Assembly: GCF_009914755.1 (NCBI RefSeq) | Contig: NC_060940.1 | DNA: 64,000 nt | Source of the DNA: the human T2T-CHM13v2.0 reference genome, Homo sapiens | Reading direction: 5' to 3' (one strand) | Made by a program: the position numbers and the translations under genes | Shown: in pieces, positions 1 through 17,966 of the stretch | How positions within the stretch are numbered: position 1 is the first letter of the stretch | Layout: each line of letters opens with the position of its first letter | The notes under the pieces: model-generated | The model's input: the letters and a program-made list of their open reading frames with translations, nothing else | Told to the model about the DNA's origin: nothing | Database searches by the model: none

Positions 1-198
<198 letters not shown>

Positions 199-591
199 TT
201 AAAAAAATGACTGTCCTGGTCTAGGGCTCATCGCCTCTTGCCTGGTCTACACCAGCCAACTCTCTGGTGTCCCCTGCCCCATTCTCTCAGTGATCCATCC
301 AATCCACCCTGTAGACACAGTGACCTTTCCAACACTCATATCTGGTCAGGTCTTCTGTCCAAACTCTCCATCATACTCTAGCCCTAATCATATCTTTGTG
401 GGTTCAACTCCCACCCCTCTCCTCCACAGCCCTATCACTCATCCAACGTGTGCCTATTGAGCGCCTACTATGCGCTGGGCACTTGGGACACATCAGAGAA
501 AACAGATCCCAAATCCCTGATTTTTCCTGAGATGCTTACAATGAAGGAGCGTCAGATTCTCCCTGAATTGAACTTGCCCTTTCTTGCCTCA

Positions 592-1057
<466 letters not shown>

Positions 1058-1260
1058 TCACACCTCACACCTCTCTCTTCCAGGAGGCTGAGTGCCCCTA
1101 GAGGGCAGGGACCCGTGAGTCCTCTCTGCATCCCAACAACAGCAAAGAGCCTAGCAATCAGGAGGGGAAACTGAACCCATGAATGTTTGAAGACCAAATA
1201 AATGCTCCCCTCCCCTCCCCCACAACTCAGACTCTACCAGGAAGCTTTCCATCTACTCAC

Positions 1261-1371
1261 AAGAGTTCTGCCAGCTCCCCCACTTCCCCAACCAAGGCCA
1301 GGAGGAGATTCCGAGGCTGATGGAACTGTTCCCAGTCTCGTTCCGCAGCAAACTCAGCATGGAGGCGGCGG
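1261..1371 (-). CDS. DCTPP1: dCTP pyrophosphatase 1, coding exon 2 (IRRLHAEFAAERDWEQFHQPRNLLLALVGEVGELAEL); exon 3 lies left of the window
   Basis: Acceptor ctatttcag|, donor |gtgagt, 111 nt, phase-compatible with exon 1; MazG-like all-alpha NTP-PPase ExxE motif (EVGE). Confidence 0.96.
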
Positions 1372-2083
1372 CTGAAATAGGACAAAGGAGTGTAAGTCCA
1401 AGTCTCCGGGTTAGAGGGTGATGCAGGGGCCAGAGGCAGCTACCCCCGTAGTATGTAATGGGGCCTGGGACCAGGAGATTCTGCAACTAATTCATTGGAT
1501 GGTATTGTGCAGGTCATTTCCTCTTTCCGGAACTTGGTTCCCTCATCTATAAAATGGGCGTGCCCCTGAACTGCCCTTAACATCTCGCCAAAACTAACAA
1601 AACCCTCTTCATTATTCCATCTCCTGCTGCTACTTCTGCAGTTTCCTCCACCTGGAATCGCCGCACATCAAAATGCAATTTCTCTTACAGAAGGTAGTTC
1701 CACAGACCCTTCCTCTAAGAAGCCTTTCTTGACCTCCTCCAGCAAAAAATAACGTCTCCCACCTCTCAGCACTTCGTTTGCCCCTCTCGTACCCCCGGCG
1801 CCTGGAGAGCAGAGGCGGTATCTGGTGCCGGTATCTTCCCAGGGCTAGGCTGAAGGGCGTTCCTAGTTACCACTCGGAGGCACCACCCAATTTCCCTTGC
1901 CTCAGGTGTGCACCGCTGCGCCCATTTTGCAGATGAGGTAAGAAGGCTCACCCAGGGACAGCCCACAGAGCCAGGACCCGAGCCCCGCTGCCAGCCCGCT
2001 TCCCGACCACGTGGAGGAACCCTCCCCAAAACGCGGGAGAAAGGGGCGACTTCCCCACCCCGAGCTGGGCCAGGCCTGCTTAC

Positions 2084-2184
2084 ATGTCCTCGAGCGTGGG
2101 CTCCGGGCTGAAGCTGAACCGGCCGGGAGCAGCAGTGTCCTCTCCCCCCGTGTCCCCACGAATCTCCCCACCGGCCACAGACAT
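2084..2184 (-). CDS. DCTPP1: dCTP pyrophosphatase 1, coding exon 1 (MSVAGGEIRGDTGGEDTAAPGRFSFSPEPTLED)
   Basis: ATG at 2184 (ggcggcATGt); 101 nt ending at the donor AT|GTAAG; peptide matches the DCTPP1 N-terminus as I know it. Confidence 0.96.
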
Positions 2185-2600
2185 GCCGCCCACCGCTGCA
2201 CCGCGACTTCACGGAAAACCCACGAGCCACGCTCGAAGCCCCGCCTCCAGAGCTCCGACCAATTACGGGAGTTCTCTATTGCCTCACGGGGCGGAGCCTG
2301 AGGAAAGAGACCAATGACTTTTGTGGAGTTTGCTACAGCCCTCCCCTTCCCTCACTGGACCAATCTGAGGGAGCTTCAAGCGCGCGTTTCTAGTCTTAGG
2401 CCCTGGAATTCTTCCGCTAGGCCCTGTGTCTAAAGGTAGAGGTACCAATTCGACCTGGGGAAGAGACGAAGGGCAGAGGGTGGGGGAAGCGCAGGCGCGT
2501 CACTTCGTTTATGGGCGCCAGAGGGCGCCAAAGCGAAACGGCAGCGGAAGAGGGCCCGTCAGGTGGAAAACCCTATAAATGAAAGGCCCTATGCATAGGT
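2185..2600 (-). promoter_or_regulatory. DCTPP1: DCTPP1 CpG-island promoter and 5'UTR
   Basis: CpG-rich. CCAAT at 2259, 2311, 2360 and 2445; GC box 2288-2294; NRF1-like GCGCAGGCGC 2489-2498; E2F-like TTTGGCGCCC (minus) 2523-2532. Confidence 0.75.
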
Positions 2601-3772
2601 ATTAAATCTCTCAGGGCTTAAGGACGTTGAGAAACCTCGAGGCCAACCCCCACACTATTTGGATGGGATTGAAGGGGAAGAGCGGAGTAAGATCAGACGG
2701 CAGTAGGACTTCAGCTCCCCGCCATCGCTGTGTCCTGTGGTTGAAACGATGGAGGTCGCCCCATCCCTGTCCTAAGGGAGGCAGTAGGCCCCAGCGCAAC
2801 GTACATTGCCCTGAAACACGTGGCCCCTTATGGTCTGGCCTGTGCCGGCCTCTCCAGCCTCATGGGTCCCCAGCACGGCTCCTCCACCCCACACACGAGA
2901 ACTCCAGGCTCCACTCACACCAGGGAATACGCGAGGTGGCGAGTCACAGGGTTGCTGCTTTCAAATCAGAACCACTGAGTTATTGGCCATGGGAGGAGCA
3001 GAGATCTTTATGAAACCCTAGAACAGGTGTAGTCTTGCAAAGAATGATTTATTATTGTACCCTTATTAGGGCTACTATCTCTGATTTCCACGTTTAAAGA
3101 GGCTTCCAGCTTGCTGGAAGTGAAAGCGTAAGAAAGCGCAGGAAGAGGCAGAGTCAGATTTTGGAAATTAAAATCCCAAGGCTGTGACAATTGCAATTCT
3201 AGGTATATGCCCTAGAGAAATTAATGAATATGTGCAGAGAGACACATGCAAGAAGTTCATTACAGTTTTGTTTCTAAGAGTGAAAAAAATTGAAAATAAA
3301 ATGACTATCAACGGAAGAATGGCTACATGGAAGTATATTTATACAAATGATATTATCCAGCAGTTAAGATTGGATACATGCAACAGAAACAAGTTTAAAC
3401 TGCTTTTAGCAAGAAAAAGAAATCTATTATTTTTATTTTTTAAATTTTTTATAGAGACAGGGTTTCACCATGTTGCCTAAGCTGGTCTTGAACCAGGATT
3501 GCTGGATTGGGCTCTAGCAATCCTCCTGCCTTGGCCTCCCGAAGTGCTGGGATTACAGGCACGAGCCACCCCCACCGGCCACAAGGAATTTATTGTAAGG
3601 ATACAAGAGTGTCTCCAGAATACAGTGGGACCTCAGGAATGAACTGGAACTGGGGTGGCTGTTTTAAGCATTTTACATATTTAATCCTCATAGCAACTAA
3701 TTTAATCCTCACAAAAACCCTATATGGTAGGTAATATTGTTGTCATCCCCATTTTAAAGATAAGGAAACTGA

Positions 3773-4052
3773 GGCCGGGCGCGGTGGCTCACGCCTGTAA
3801 TGCCAGCACTTTGGGAGGCCGAGGCGGGCAGATCACGAGGTCAGGAGATCGAGACCATCCTGGCTAACACGGTGAAACCCCGTCTGTACTAAAAATACAA
3901 AAAATTAGCTGGGTGTGGTGGCGGGCACCTGTAGTCCCAGCTACTCAGGAGGCTGAGGCAGGAGAATGGTGTGAACCTGGGAGGCGGAGCTTGCAGTGAG
4001 CCGAGATCGCGCCACTGTGCTTCAGCCTGGGCGAAAGAGCGAGACTCCGTCT

Positions 4053-4083
<31 letters not shown>
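3773..4083 (+). mobile_element. AluY inserted into a MIR
   Basis: AluY-type segments (gagatcgagaccatcctggctaacacgg), about 30-A tail, TSD aaagataaggaaactga on both sides; MIR core sequence flanks it. Confidence 0.88.
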
Positions 4084-4085
<2 letters not shown>

Positions 4086-4177
4086 TAAGGAAACTGAGAG
4101 GTTAAATAACTTAACAGCTAGTAAAGTGGTAGAGCTGGCGTCAAATCCAGGCAGTTTGGCTTCACAGTCTGTTATTA

Positions 4178-4447
<270 letters not shown>

Positions 4448-4904
4448 TCACTTGAACCCGAGAGATGGAGGTTGCAGTGAGGCGAGATTGTGCTACTGTA
4501 CTCTAGCCTGGGTGACAGAGCAAGACCCTGTCTCAAAAACAAAACAAAACAAAACAAACAAAACAAAATCTGGGCATGGTGGTGCACACCTGTGGTCCCA
4601 GCTACTTGGGAGGCTGAGGTGGGAGGATCACCTGAGCTTAGGGAGGTCAAGCCTGCAGTGAGACATGATTACGCCACTGCACTGCAGCCTGGGCGACAGA
4701 GTGAGACCCTGTTTCAATAAATACATACATATATACTATGAAAAGTGATTGGGGGCATGTTTAGATTGCATGGTCCAGGAAGATATATAGTAAGCACTGT
4801 AGGTTACCTACTTAATTGCTCTTTTTCCTCTTCTCCATTCTCTTTTTCTTTTTTCTTTTCTTTTTTGAGGAGGAGACAGGTTCTGGTTCTATTGCCCAGG
4901 CTAG

Positions 4905-5300
<396 letters not shown>

Positions 5301-5415
5301 TGATTTTGTTCTGGGGTCCACGCTCCTCCACTTGATTGTTCTGCCTGACTGGTCATAGTGTTCCCATTGCCCTGGCCATTGATTGGTTTATGAATGAGCA
5401 TGCTATGGATAATAA

Positions 5416-5613
<198 letters not shown>

Positions 5614-6367
5614 TAACCATGTTGGCCAGGATGGTCTCGATCTCCTGACCTTGTGATCTCCCTGCCTCGGCCTCCCAAAGTGCTGGTATTACAGGTATGA
5701 GCCACTGCCCGGCCAAGTTGGAGGAACTCTATTGGATTTCTGGGAAACGTTCTTCTTAGTTCTTTAAAGAAATTACAGGGGCTGGCTATGGTTGTTCATG
5801 CCTCTAATCCCAGCAGTTTCAGAGGTGGAGGCAGGAGGATCTTTTGAGGCCAGCCCTGGCAACATAGCGACACTCTACACAAAATTAAAAAAAAATTAGC
5901 TGGGCATGGTGGCATGCACCTGTATTCCTAGCTACTCAGGAGGCTAAGGTGGGAGGATCACTTGAGCCCAGGAGTTTGTTATAGTGAGCTATGATCAGCC
6001 CACTGCACTCCAGCCTGGGTGACAGAGGGAGACCCTGTCTCAAAAAAAAAAAATCAAACAAACAAACAAACAAAACCACAAAAGACACAGGATGTTTCTA
6101 CCTCTAGATGTTGGTATATGGAGAGAAGATTGAGAGGAAACCTAGTCCTCAGGCTGAAATTGGCAAGTCAGCCAGATACAAAGGAACTTGATCCTTCCTA
6201 ACATTGCTGAGCCACTTATTGTACAAGTTCCAGAAATACCCTAATTTCGGACTCTGGCTATATAAGAAAATGAATCCCTTTAATGGTCAAACTACTTTTA
6301 GTTCGGTTTTTTGTTACTTGCCTTGGAGAAAGTGACATTTAAGCTGAGGACAAATCAAGGGGAATAG

Positions 6368-6895
<528 letters not shown>

Positions 6896-7568
6896 TGAGG
6901 CTGCAGGGAGCGATGATTGTGCCACTGCACTCCAGCCTGGGCAACAGAGCGAGACTCTGTCTCCAAAAAAAAAAAAAAAGAACTGGAGGAGGCAAGAGTA
7001 GAAGCAGGGGGATGAGTTACTGCTGTTGTCCAGGCAAGAGATGATGGTGACTTGAGCCAGGTGATGGTGGGTGAAGATGGAGCAAAGTGGATGTCTTGGG
7101 AACGTATTTTGAAGGTAGATCTGGAGGTTTTTGTTGGTTTTGAATGGGGGATGGGAGAAAGGGTAGAATGGCTTACAGATTTTGAGGGTTTGGCAACCCG
7201 GTGGGTGGATGGTGACTGATTTGGGGATGGAAAAGATGAGGGACAGGACTGAACACGTGTGGCCTCAGGCGTGTGGTTTAGGGCAAGGCAAGTTGAAGAG
7301 GCATGGTGAGTTGGCAGTGAAGTTTTGAATCTAAGGTTTAGAGGAGAGATCAGGGCTAGACATTCAGATGTGGCAGTCTCAATCATTTAGACAATACTGA
7401 AAGTCAAGGAACTGAAGATGAATAACTAACACAAGAATCTAGGCAGAAAAGACCAAGATTTGGAGCCAGGCATGGTGGCTCACTTCTGTAATACTAGCGC
7501 TTTGGGAAGCTGAGGTGGGAGGATTGCTTGAGCCCAGGAGTTTGATACTAGCCTGGGCAACATAGTGA

Positions 7569-7874
<306 letters not shown>

Positions 7875-8550
7875 TGATCCTGCTGCCTCAGCCTCCCAAA
7901 GTGCTGGGGTTACAGGCATCAGCCACCGTGCCCCAGTAACTAGCTCTTTATGAGCCTATCTTCCCAAGAGACGGGATCCATGAGTCTTTTCAAATCAAAG
8001 GTGTTTTTCCAGTGCAAGCCAATAAAGGTTTAATGGCCGGCTGGATGGATTGGGCCAGGCAAGCAGGCCATGCTTGCAGTACATCCTTCTGCTACTGGGA
8101 GAAAAGGTGCTGCTATAATTCAGAATATTTGTTCTTAAATTTTTCAGGGAGAGTCATAACAGGGGCTTTTAGGAATCTCCAGCCTAGCTCATTCAGGCCA
8201 GAGAGTCCCCAACACCCTTTGAAGTCTTCTTCGAACCTGCTTTTCCATCCTGTCCCTGTACACACTTGCTGAAGTCCAGAGAGATGTTCCGGACTCTTCC
8301 CTCCCCACCTTTGCTTCCTCAGTTTCCTCCATCTGGAATGCCCGCCCCGTTCTGTGCACATCCAAATCCAAATGCCACCCATCCTGCAGAGCCCTGTTTC
8401 AAGGCCACCTCCTCTGAAAAGCCTTCCTAAACTTCCTCCTAAAAGGAAATAGGGTCAGGCACAGTGGCTCATGCCTGTAATCCCAGCACTTTGGGAGGCC
8501 AAGGCAGGAGGATCACTTGAAAAACCAGGAGTTAGTTTCGTTTCGTTTTT

Positions 8551-8590
8551 TTTCTTTCTTTCTTTCTTTCTCGTTCTTTCTTTCCTTCCT

Positions 8591-8664
<74 letters not shown>

Positions 8665-8700
8665 TTCCTCTCTCTCTTTCTCTCTTTCTTTCTTTCTTTC
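8551..8700. repeat. (TTTC)n microsatellite, tail of a minus-strand Alu
   Basis: Direct tandem tttc run adjoining the Alu 3' end at about 8705. Confidence 0.95.
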
Positions 8701-8708
8701 TTAGGTAG

Positions 8709-9038
<330 letters not shown>

Positions 9039-9298
9039 TAAACTTATCTGGGTGTGGTGGTGTGTGCCTCTAGTCCCAGCTGCTCAGGGGAGGCTAAGGT
9101 GGGAGGATCACTTGAGCCTAGGATGTCGAGGCTGCAGTGAGCTATGATTGTGCCACTGCACTTTAGTCTGGGTTACAGTCTCAAATAAAAAAAGTGGTAC
9201 CAGCTTCAATTGCAGGAGACACCAAGAGCCCCAGAAGAGTGAAAAGAAAGGGTCAGTACCTATGGACCAGGCACTGTTCTAGCTGCTGGAGATACTGA

Positions 9299-9633
<335 letters not shown>

Positions 9634-10058
9634 TGAGCCACCATGCCTTGCCCAGAAGGAGACAATTCTAAAGCGAACTAACACATTCTCAAGGGAATTA
9701 TAGGCTAGGATAAGAGCTACAAAGCAAATAAACAGGGTGATGCATTGGAGAGTGGCTGGTTGTTGGCCAGGAGGTGGGAAAGGGCCTTTGTGAAGAGGTT
9801 TTATTTGAACTGAGACAGGACTGAGAACAAGCCAGTCAGGTGAGTGTGAGGTGAGGTTCCAGACAGCGGGAACTGCAAGCACAAAGGATCTTGATTTGTT
9901 TGAAGTCCCAGGGAAGGCTGATGGGCCAGCAGGTAGTGAGAGAGGTAGAGAGAGTGCCATGAGATGAAGCTGGAGATCTGTAGCAGGGGTGGGAAATTGC
10001 TGGAAAAGCTGTTTCTGCACTTTGAACAGGAGAAAAATGGATTGAATTGATTTACCTA

Positions 10059-10424
<366 letters not shown>

Positions 10425-10507
10425 TTATTATTCTCCCTATACCTCATACAAATGTATGACTACATTTCATTTGTTCTATAAGGTTGTTTTGGGCTGGAGT
10501 TGGTTAG

Positions 10508-10711
<204 letters not shown>

Positions 10712-10902
10712 TAGCTGGGATTACAGGTGCCCACCACCACTCCTGGCTAATTTTGTATTTTTAGTAGAGACAAGGTTTCTCCATGTTGGTCAGGCTGGTC
10801 TCAAACTCCCGACCGCAGGTGATCCACCCGCCTTAGCCTCTCAAAGTGCTGAGATTACAGGTGTGAGCCACCGCGCCTGGCAGTCGTTTGCTAATTTTCT
10901 AA

Positions 10903-11106
<204 letters not shown>

Positions 11107-11452
11107 TAAATGTATCAATATTATATCAGTTTCATATTTTTCTTTTCTGGAAGGCCTTTCTGGAAGCCTTCCAGGCTCCCTGTCCAGTGTGGGCTGGTTG
11201 CTCTGTAAGCCTACTGTTTAGCTATTACCTTCACCTCTCTCCTGTGCTGGGTTGCATTTCCTTAATCTCATGTTTTTCTCTTTCTCAGTTTGCTTCCTTG
11301 TTTTTTGTTTTGTTTTGTTTTGATTTTTTGGTTTTTTTTTTGAGACAGAGTCACGCTTTGTCACCCAGGCTGGAGTGCAGTGGCACGATTTCGGCTCACT
11401 GCAACCTCCCCGCCTCCTGGGCTTAAGTGATTCTTCTGCCTCAGCCTCCTAA

Positions 11453-11744
<292 letters not shown>

Positions 11745-12120
11745 TGAACTCCTGACCTCGTGATCTGCCCGCCTCGGCCTCCCAAGGTACTGGGATTAAT
11801 AGGCATGAGCCACCGCACCTGGCCTGCTTCCTTGTTTTGTTGGAGCATATCCTCTGGTAGTTTCTTGAGAAAAAGTACATGGGATGAAGCCATTTTGATA
11901 CCCTGTATGCCCCAAGATATCTTTATTTTACTTATTTGAAAAATGTGGCTTGCTGTAGACTTCTACAGAGATTATCATTTACCCTCAGAATTTTGAAGGC
12001 ATTGCTTTTGTGTGTGTGTTGTTTTTAAATTTTTTTTCTGAGACAGGGTCTCACTCTGTTGCTCAAGCAATCCTTGCACCTCGGCCTCAGGCGCATGCCA
12101 CCATGCCTGGCTAAACTTAA

Positions 12121-12288
<168 letters not shown>

Positions 12289-12796
12289 TGAAGTCTGATG
12301 TCATGATGACATACAAAGGTGTGTCATTATTCCCACACCTTTGTATGTGATCATAGTGATCAGAAGCATGGGTTCTGGAGTCAGACCGCCTACAAGACTG
12401 ACTATGCAAGCTTGGACAAATTTCTTATTCTCCCTATACCTCAGCTTCCTCATTTGCAAATTGGGGTTGTTAGAAGATTGGGTTAATACGTATAAAGCAC
12501 TTACTTCCTGCACAGAATATGTGCTATATAAACATTTGCTTTCATTATTATTAGGATCTCTTCTTCATAACTGGCATTTTGAAATTTAATAAAATTAGCA
12601 TGGATCTTTTAAAATGTACTGTGCTAGGAGTTCAAGAGGTATGTGGTTTACAACTTTTAAGTTCTAGAAAACTTGGATAATATTTTTTCTTCCATCTGCT
12701 TTACTGCCTTATTCTAGAACTCCGCTTAGATGTTGAACCTCCTGCCTCATTTGATCTTTATAGAATTTATTTTATTGTGCATCTTTTTGGGCTACT

Positions 12797-13377
<581 letters not shown>

Positions 13378-13403
13378 TAGCCAGGATGGTCTTGATCTCC
13401 TGA

Positions 13404-13640
<237 letters not shown>

Positions 13641-14005
13641 TAATTTTTGTATTTTTTGTAGAGACAGGTTTTCGCCACGTTGCTCAGGTTGGTCTTGAAC
13701 TCATGGGCTCAAGCCCACCTTGGCCTCCCAAAGTGCTGGGATTACAGGTGTGAGTAAGGTGCCTGGCCTTTTGGGGCTACTTTCTGATAAATTTCTGCAA
13801 CTTTATGTCTCCTATTAGAAATTTTTTTTTTTTTTTTGGAGACAGAATTTTGCCTTGTCATCCAGGCTGGAGTGCAATGGCATGATCTTGGCTCACTGCA
13901 TCCTCTGCCTCCTGGGTTCAAGTGATTTTCCTGCCTCAGCCTCCTGAGTAGCTGGGATTACAGGTTCATGCCATCAAGCCTGTCTAATTTTTATATTTTT
14001 ATTAA

Positions 14006-14143
<138 letters not shown>

Positions 14144-14472
14144 TAGCTTTATCTTTATATTCTAAGTGGCTGGTTCTCTTAAGTATTGCTTTGCGGATAT
14201 TTTTTATCTTTTTTCCTACTCCCTGTATTGTCCCTCTGAGTTTCCTTTTTCTGTTTAAGTTGGAGGCTCTCCTCACATGCTTGGTGATCCTTGACTGCTC
14301 ATATTTAAGAATGAGGCATTAAAAAGCTTAACATTAGCTGGGCGCGGTGGCTCATGCCTGTAATCCCAGCACTTCAGGAGGCTGAGGCGGGTAAATTGCT
14401 TCAGGTTAGGAGTTGGAGACCAGCCTGGCCAACATGGTGAAACCACATTTTCTACTAAAAACACAAAATTCA

Positions 14473-14659
<187 letters not shown>

Positions 14660-14909
14660 TCACCTAGGAGGCCTTGTGGTAGAGTGATTTTGGGCTTTTA
14701 TTTATTTTTTTTGAGACAGGGTTTCACTCCCGTCGCCCAGGCTGGACTGCAGTGTTTGCACACTGCAACCTCTGCCTTGCGGGTTCAAGGTTCTCCCACC
14801 TCAGCCTCCCGAGTAGCTGGGACTACAGGGGCACGCCATCACACCTGGGTATTTTTGTATTTTTTTTTGTTTTAGTAGAGACGGAGTTTTGCCATATTGG
14901 CCAGGCTGA

Positions 14910-15206
<297 letters not shown>

Positions 15207-15890
15207 TAGCCAGGATGGTCTCAACCTCCTGACCTCATGATCTGCCCGCCTCGGCCTCCCAAAGTGCTGGGATTACAGGCGTGAGCCACCGTGCTGGCCT
15301 GGCCAGTATTTTGAATATCTAATTGAGGAAGGGGGCTGGGCAGTCTCATTTTAAATTTTTATTTTTTCAGTTAGGCTCCCTATCCTCTGCTGTGTGTGGT
15401 GCTCCCAACTCTACCTGCGTAGGTGAGAGGCAGTCACCTGGCTGTGTGAAATAAGAGTGTGGAGAACGCTAAAGATCGAATTACCGTGTATAAACTCTCA
15501 AACAGTATGTTTTATCCCCAGGTCTTACCCCATCTTCCAAGCACATCTTCTTGCTTCTTGTCTTCCCCTACTATGAAGGATTCCTTTAAGTCAGTTACCC
15601 CTCTTCCACCTCCTTTCCATCTTTCAAGAATTGTTGACACCTTTCTTTTGCTATTTCCTGCCCACTCTCTAACCCTTGGGGCGTATGCCTGCTTCGAGTC
15701 CTTTTCTGTCATTTCAGGGGGAAGGTGCAACCCTAAATCTGGGTGTTAAATTACCCAATTCACCAGCATCAGGGAAAACACTCTCTCTCTGCTATACCAG
15801 ACTCAGTGTATAAGCTGGTTCGTTTTATAAGACTGTATTGAATTTCAAACCACCAAACATTAGCCAGAATAGTTTTTCAACAAGGTTTCT

Positions 15891-15900
15891 TTTATTTATT
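15891..15900 (-). terminator. SEPHS2: SEPHS2 polyadenylation signal (overlapping AATAAA pair)
   Basis: Minus-strand AATAAATAAA followed by a GU-rich downstream element (tgtttggtggttt). Confidence 0.85.
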
Positions 15901-15979
15901 TAGCAAGAAATTACTCTTTATTGATCAAATCACCAGGAATCTGCCGCAAAAGACTTAACATCTTAATGACCACTGAGGC

Positions 15980-16056
15980 CTGGGCTCTGAGGCTTGCTCT
16001 GCCTCTCCCAGTCCTTAATGGGGTTTAGAGGGAGAGACGTCATTAACAGAGACCAA
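15980..16056 (-). promoter_or_regulatory. SEPHS2: SECIS element (type II-like) in the SEPHS2 3'UTR
   Basis: AUGAC-GUCUCUCCC-UCU-AAA-CCCCAUUAAGGACU-GGGAGAGGC-AGAG: UGA/GA core, 9-bp helix II, apical AAA 12 nt above the core; helix I UGGUCUCUG/CAGAGCCCA. Confidence 0.93.
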
Positions 16057-16619
16057 GTCAGATGGTTGCAGGTCCTCCTTTCCCAGTCATCAGACAAGTT
16101 GCTCAATTCTTGTCCAGAGCAGGAAAGAGCCAGTACTTCAGTAAAATTGAATAAAGAATTTGATGTTGCATTATAAGATCTCTCTTAACAATTTAGATTT
16201 ATCAACAATATTGGTCCAAAACTCATTTGCTTCTAATTTTTTTCATTTTGCAATTTACTTTGTGTGTGTGTTACTTTAATAATCTCACTCCCTGTGCAGA
16301 AATTAATCAACCCCGTGCAAAGAAAAATCCCTCAACCTGGAATAGCTTCATCTTACTTTGGCAAGAGAAAACAGAGGTATTTTTGCTCCTCTTCTACCCA
16401 AGTGATGAACAAATATCCCCCCAAAGTTCAAAATGTTACTCTGGCCTCGGAATGCATATAAAGACTGCTTTAGATGGGCTGATTCCAATCACCTAGAAAG
16501 GGCAGCCGGAACCACTATGCAGGCAGCCTTCTTTGGAAATTTCTTACAATCAACTCTTGAGAACCATCCGTGATTGTGGACAATGGCTCTAAGGTCCAAA
16601 CAACTTCTGTTCTTTCATC

Positions 16620-17966
16620 TCACGAGCTAGGCTCAGAGGAGGCATTTGAACTGTCAGGAGCAAGAACAGCAGCTGTGGCCCCACGAGGCAGGACTTCAAT
16701 AACTCGCGGCTTGTCAATGATCCGGGCCGTTCGGTTTCCCTTTTCCACAATGCCAACGATCCACGCTTGGTGACCCTCTCCGTACTTGGAGGATTTGATT
16801 TCAGAACAAAAGCGAGCCGCCTGTTCTCTTGGCAGACAAATCAGTAATCCCCCAGAGGTTTCAGCTGAGGTTCCTTGAAGAAGCCCAAACCGTCCACTGG
16901 CCTTGCTGACGGCAGCCATCTTGGCAATTATTGGCAGATTATGAATAACAAAGGACACTTCATTTCTTTGTTGTTTTGCAAGGTTCTGGGAGTGTCCTAG
17001 AATGCCAAAGCCTGTGATATCTGTGGCCGCATGGGCATTAAATGTGTGCATTAAACCTGCAGCAGTTCTGTTGAGGGTAGCCATATTGAACATGGCTTCC
17101 TGATAGGCCAGCTCCACCTCTTCTCTGGAGACCACCATCTTTACTTTATTCCATCTTTCAGGATTATCCAGCCATTGGTGGGCATTGACAGCAACCTGGG
17201 TTCCTAACGGTTTGGTTAACACCAGCACGTCCCCAACGACGGCGCTGTCCGGCATTATGAACTCATTTGGTTGGCATACTACAGTGGCAACTCCACCGAT
17301 TATAATCCAAGGGTTGACCACCGTTTGCCCACCGGTCACTGCCGTCCCTCCTTCCTCAGCCGCATCCCGAAAGCCTTTGACCATGAGTGGCGTTACCTTT
17401 TCGCGTTCCTCCTCACTCATACTCTGGCTGACGCTGAGTAACATCAACATGTTGTCACACTCAGTAATCCCCATGGCGTAGAGGTCACTCAGCACGTTGG
17501 CACAAGCTATGCGCCCCATCATGTAGGGATCTTCTACCAAGGGGTAAAAGAAGTCCGTGGTCTGCACCAGTGACAGGCCCCCGTGCCTCAGGGGGATGAC
17601 GCAGGAGTCCATCCCGATGCCCAGGGCTGGAAAGGTGGGGCTGGGGCCCGCTCCTGCCGGCAGGCCGGCTTCCTGGGACGCCTCTTCCTGGCCACCCACC
17701 AGGCCCCGGCCCAGCGGGGGCCGCACGTCCGGCCGCGTCAGTCCCGCCAGGAGTTTGAGCAGCGCCTCCTGCGGGACCTTGCAGCCTCAGCCCTTCATGC
17801 CGGAGAAGCCCGTCAGCCGCCAGCTCGGGCTGAGGCCCAACGCCTGGGGCTCGAAGGGCCGGTAGTTCGAGAAGCTCCGGCCCAGAGTCAAGCCCGCCGG
17901 GCCCGAGGAGCCTTCCGCCGCTGCCATCGCCTCTCCGCAGGCGCCCGTCGCCGAGGCTTCCGCCAT
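16620..17966 (-). CDS. SEPHS2: Selenide, water dikinase 2 (selenophosphate synthetase 2), 448-aa selenoprotein, single coding exon
   Basis: ATG at 17966 (gcgccATGg); 1347 nt open except the in-frame TGA at 17789-17787 (codon 60) within the SelD motif MKG-U-GCKVP. SelD/PurM-fold motifs [22 protein letters not shown] and ETSGGLL. The ORF track gives only the last 368 codons. Confidence 0.98.

Noticed and set aside
16275-16280. Sense ATTAAA upstream of the SECIS, which would give a SECIS-less SEPHS2 mRNA
   Set aside because: Downstream sequence is A/CA-rich with no GU-rich element; 3'-end sequencing would be needed to revive it.
16620-17726. 368-aa ORF starting at GTG 17726 taken as the SEPHS2 CDS
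   Set aside because: Artefact of treating the Sec UGA as a stop; the real start is ATG 17966.
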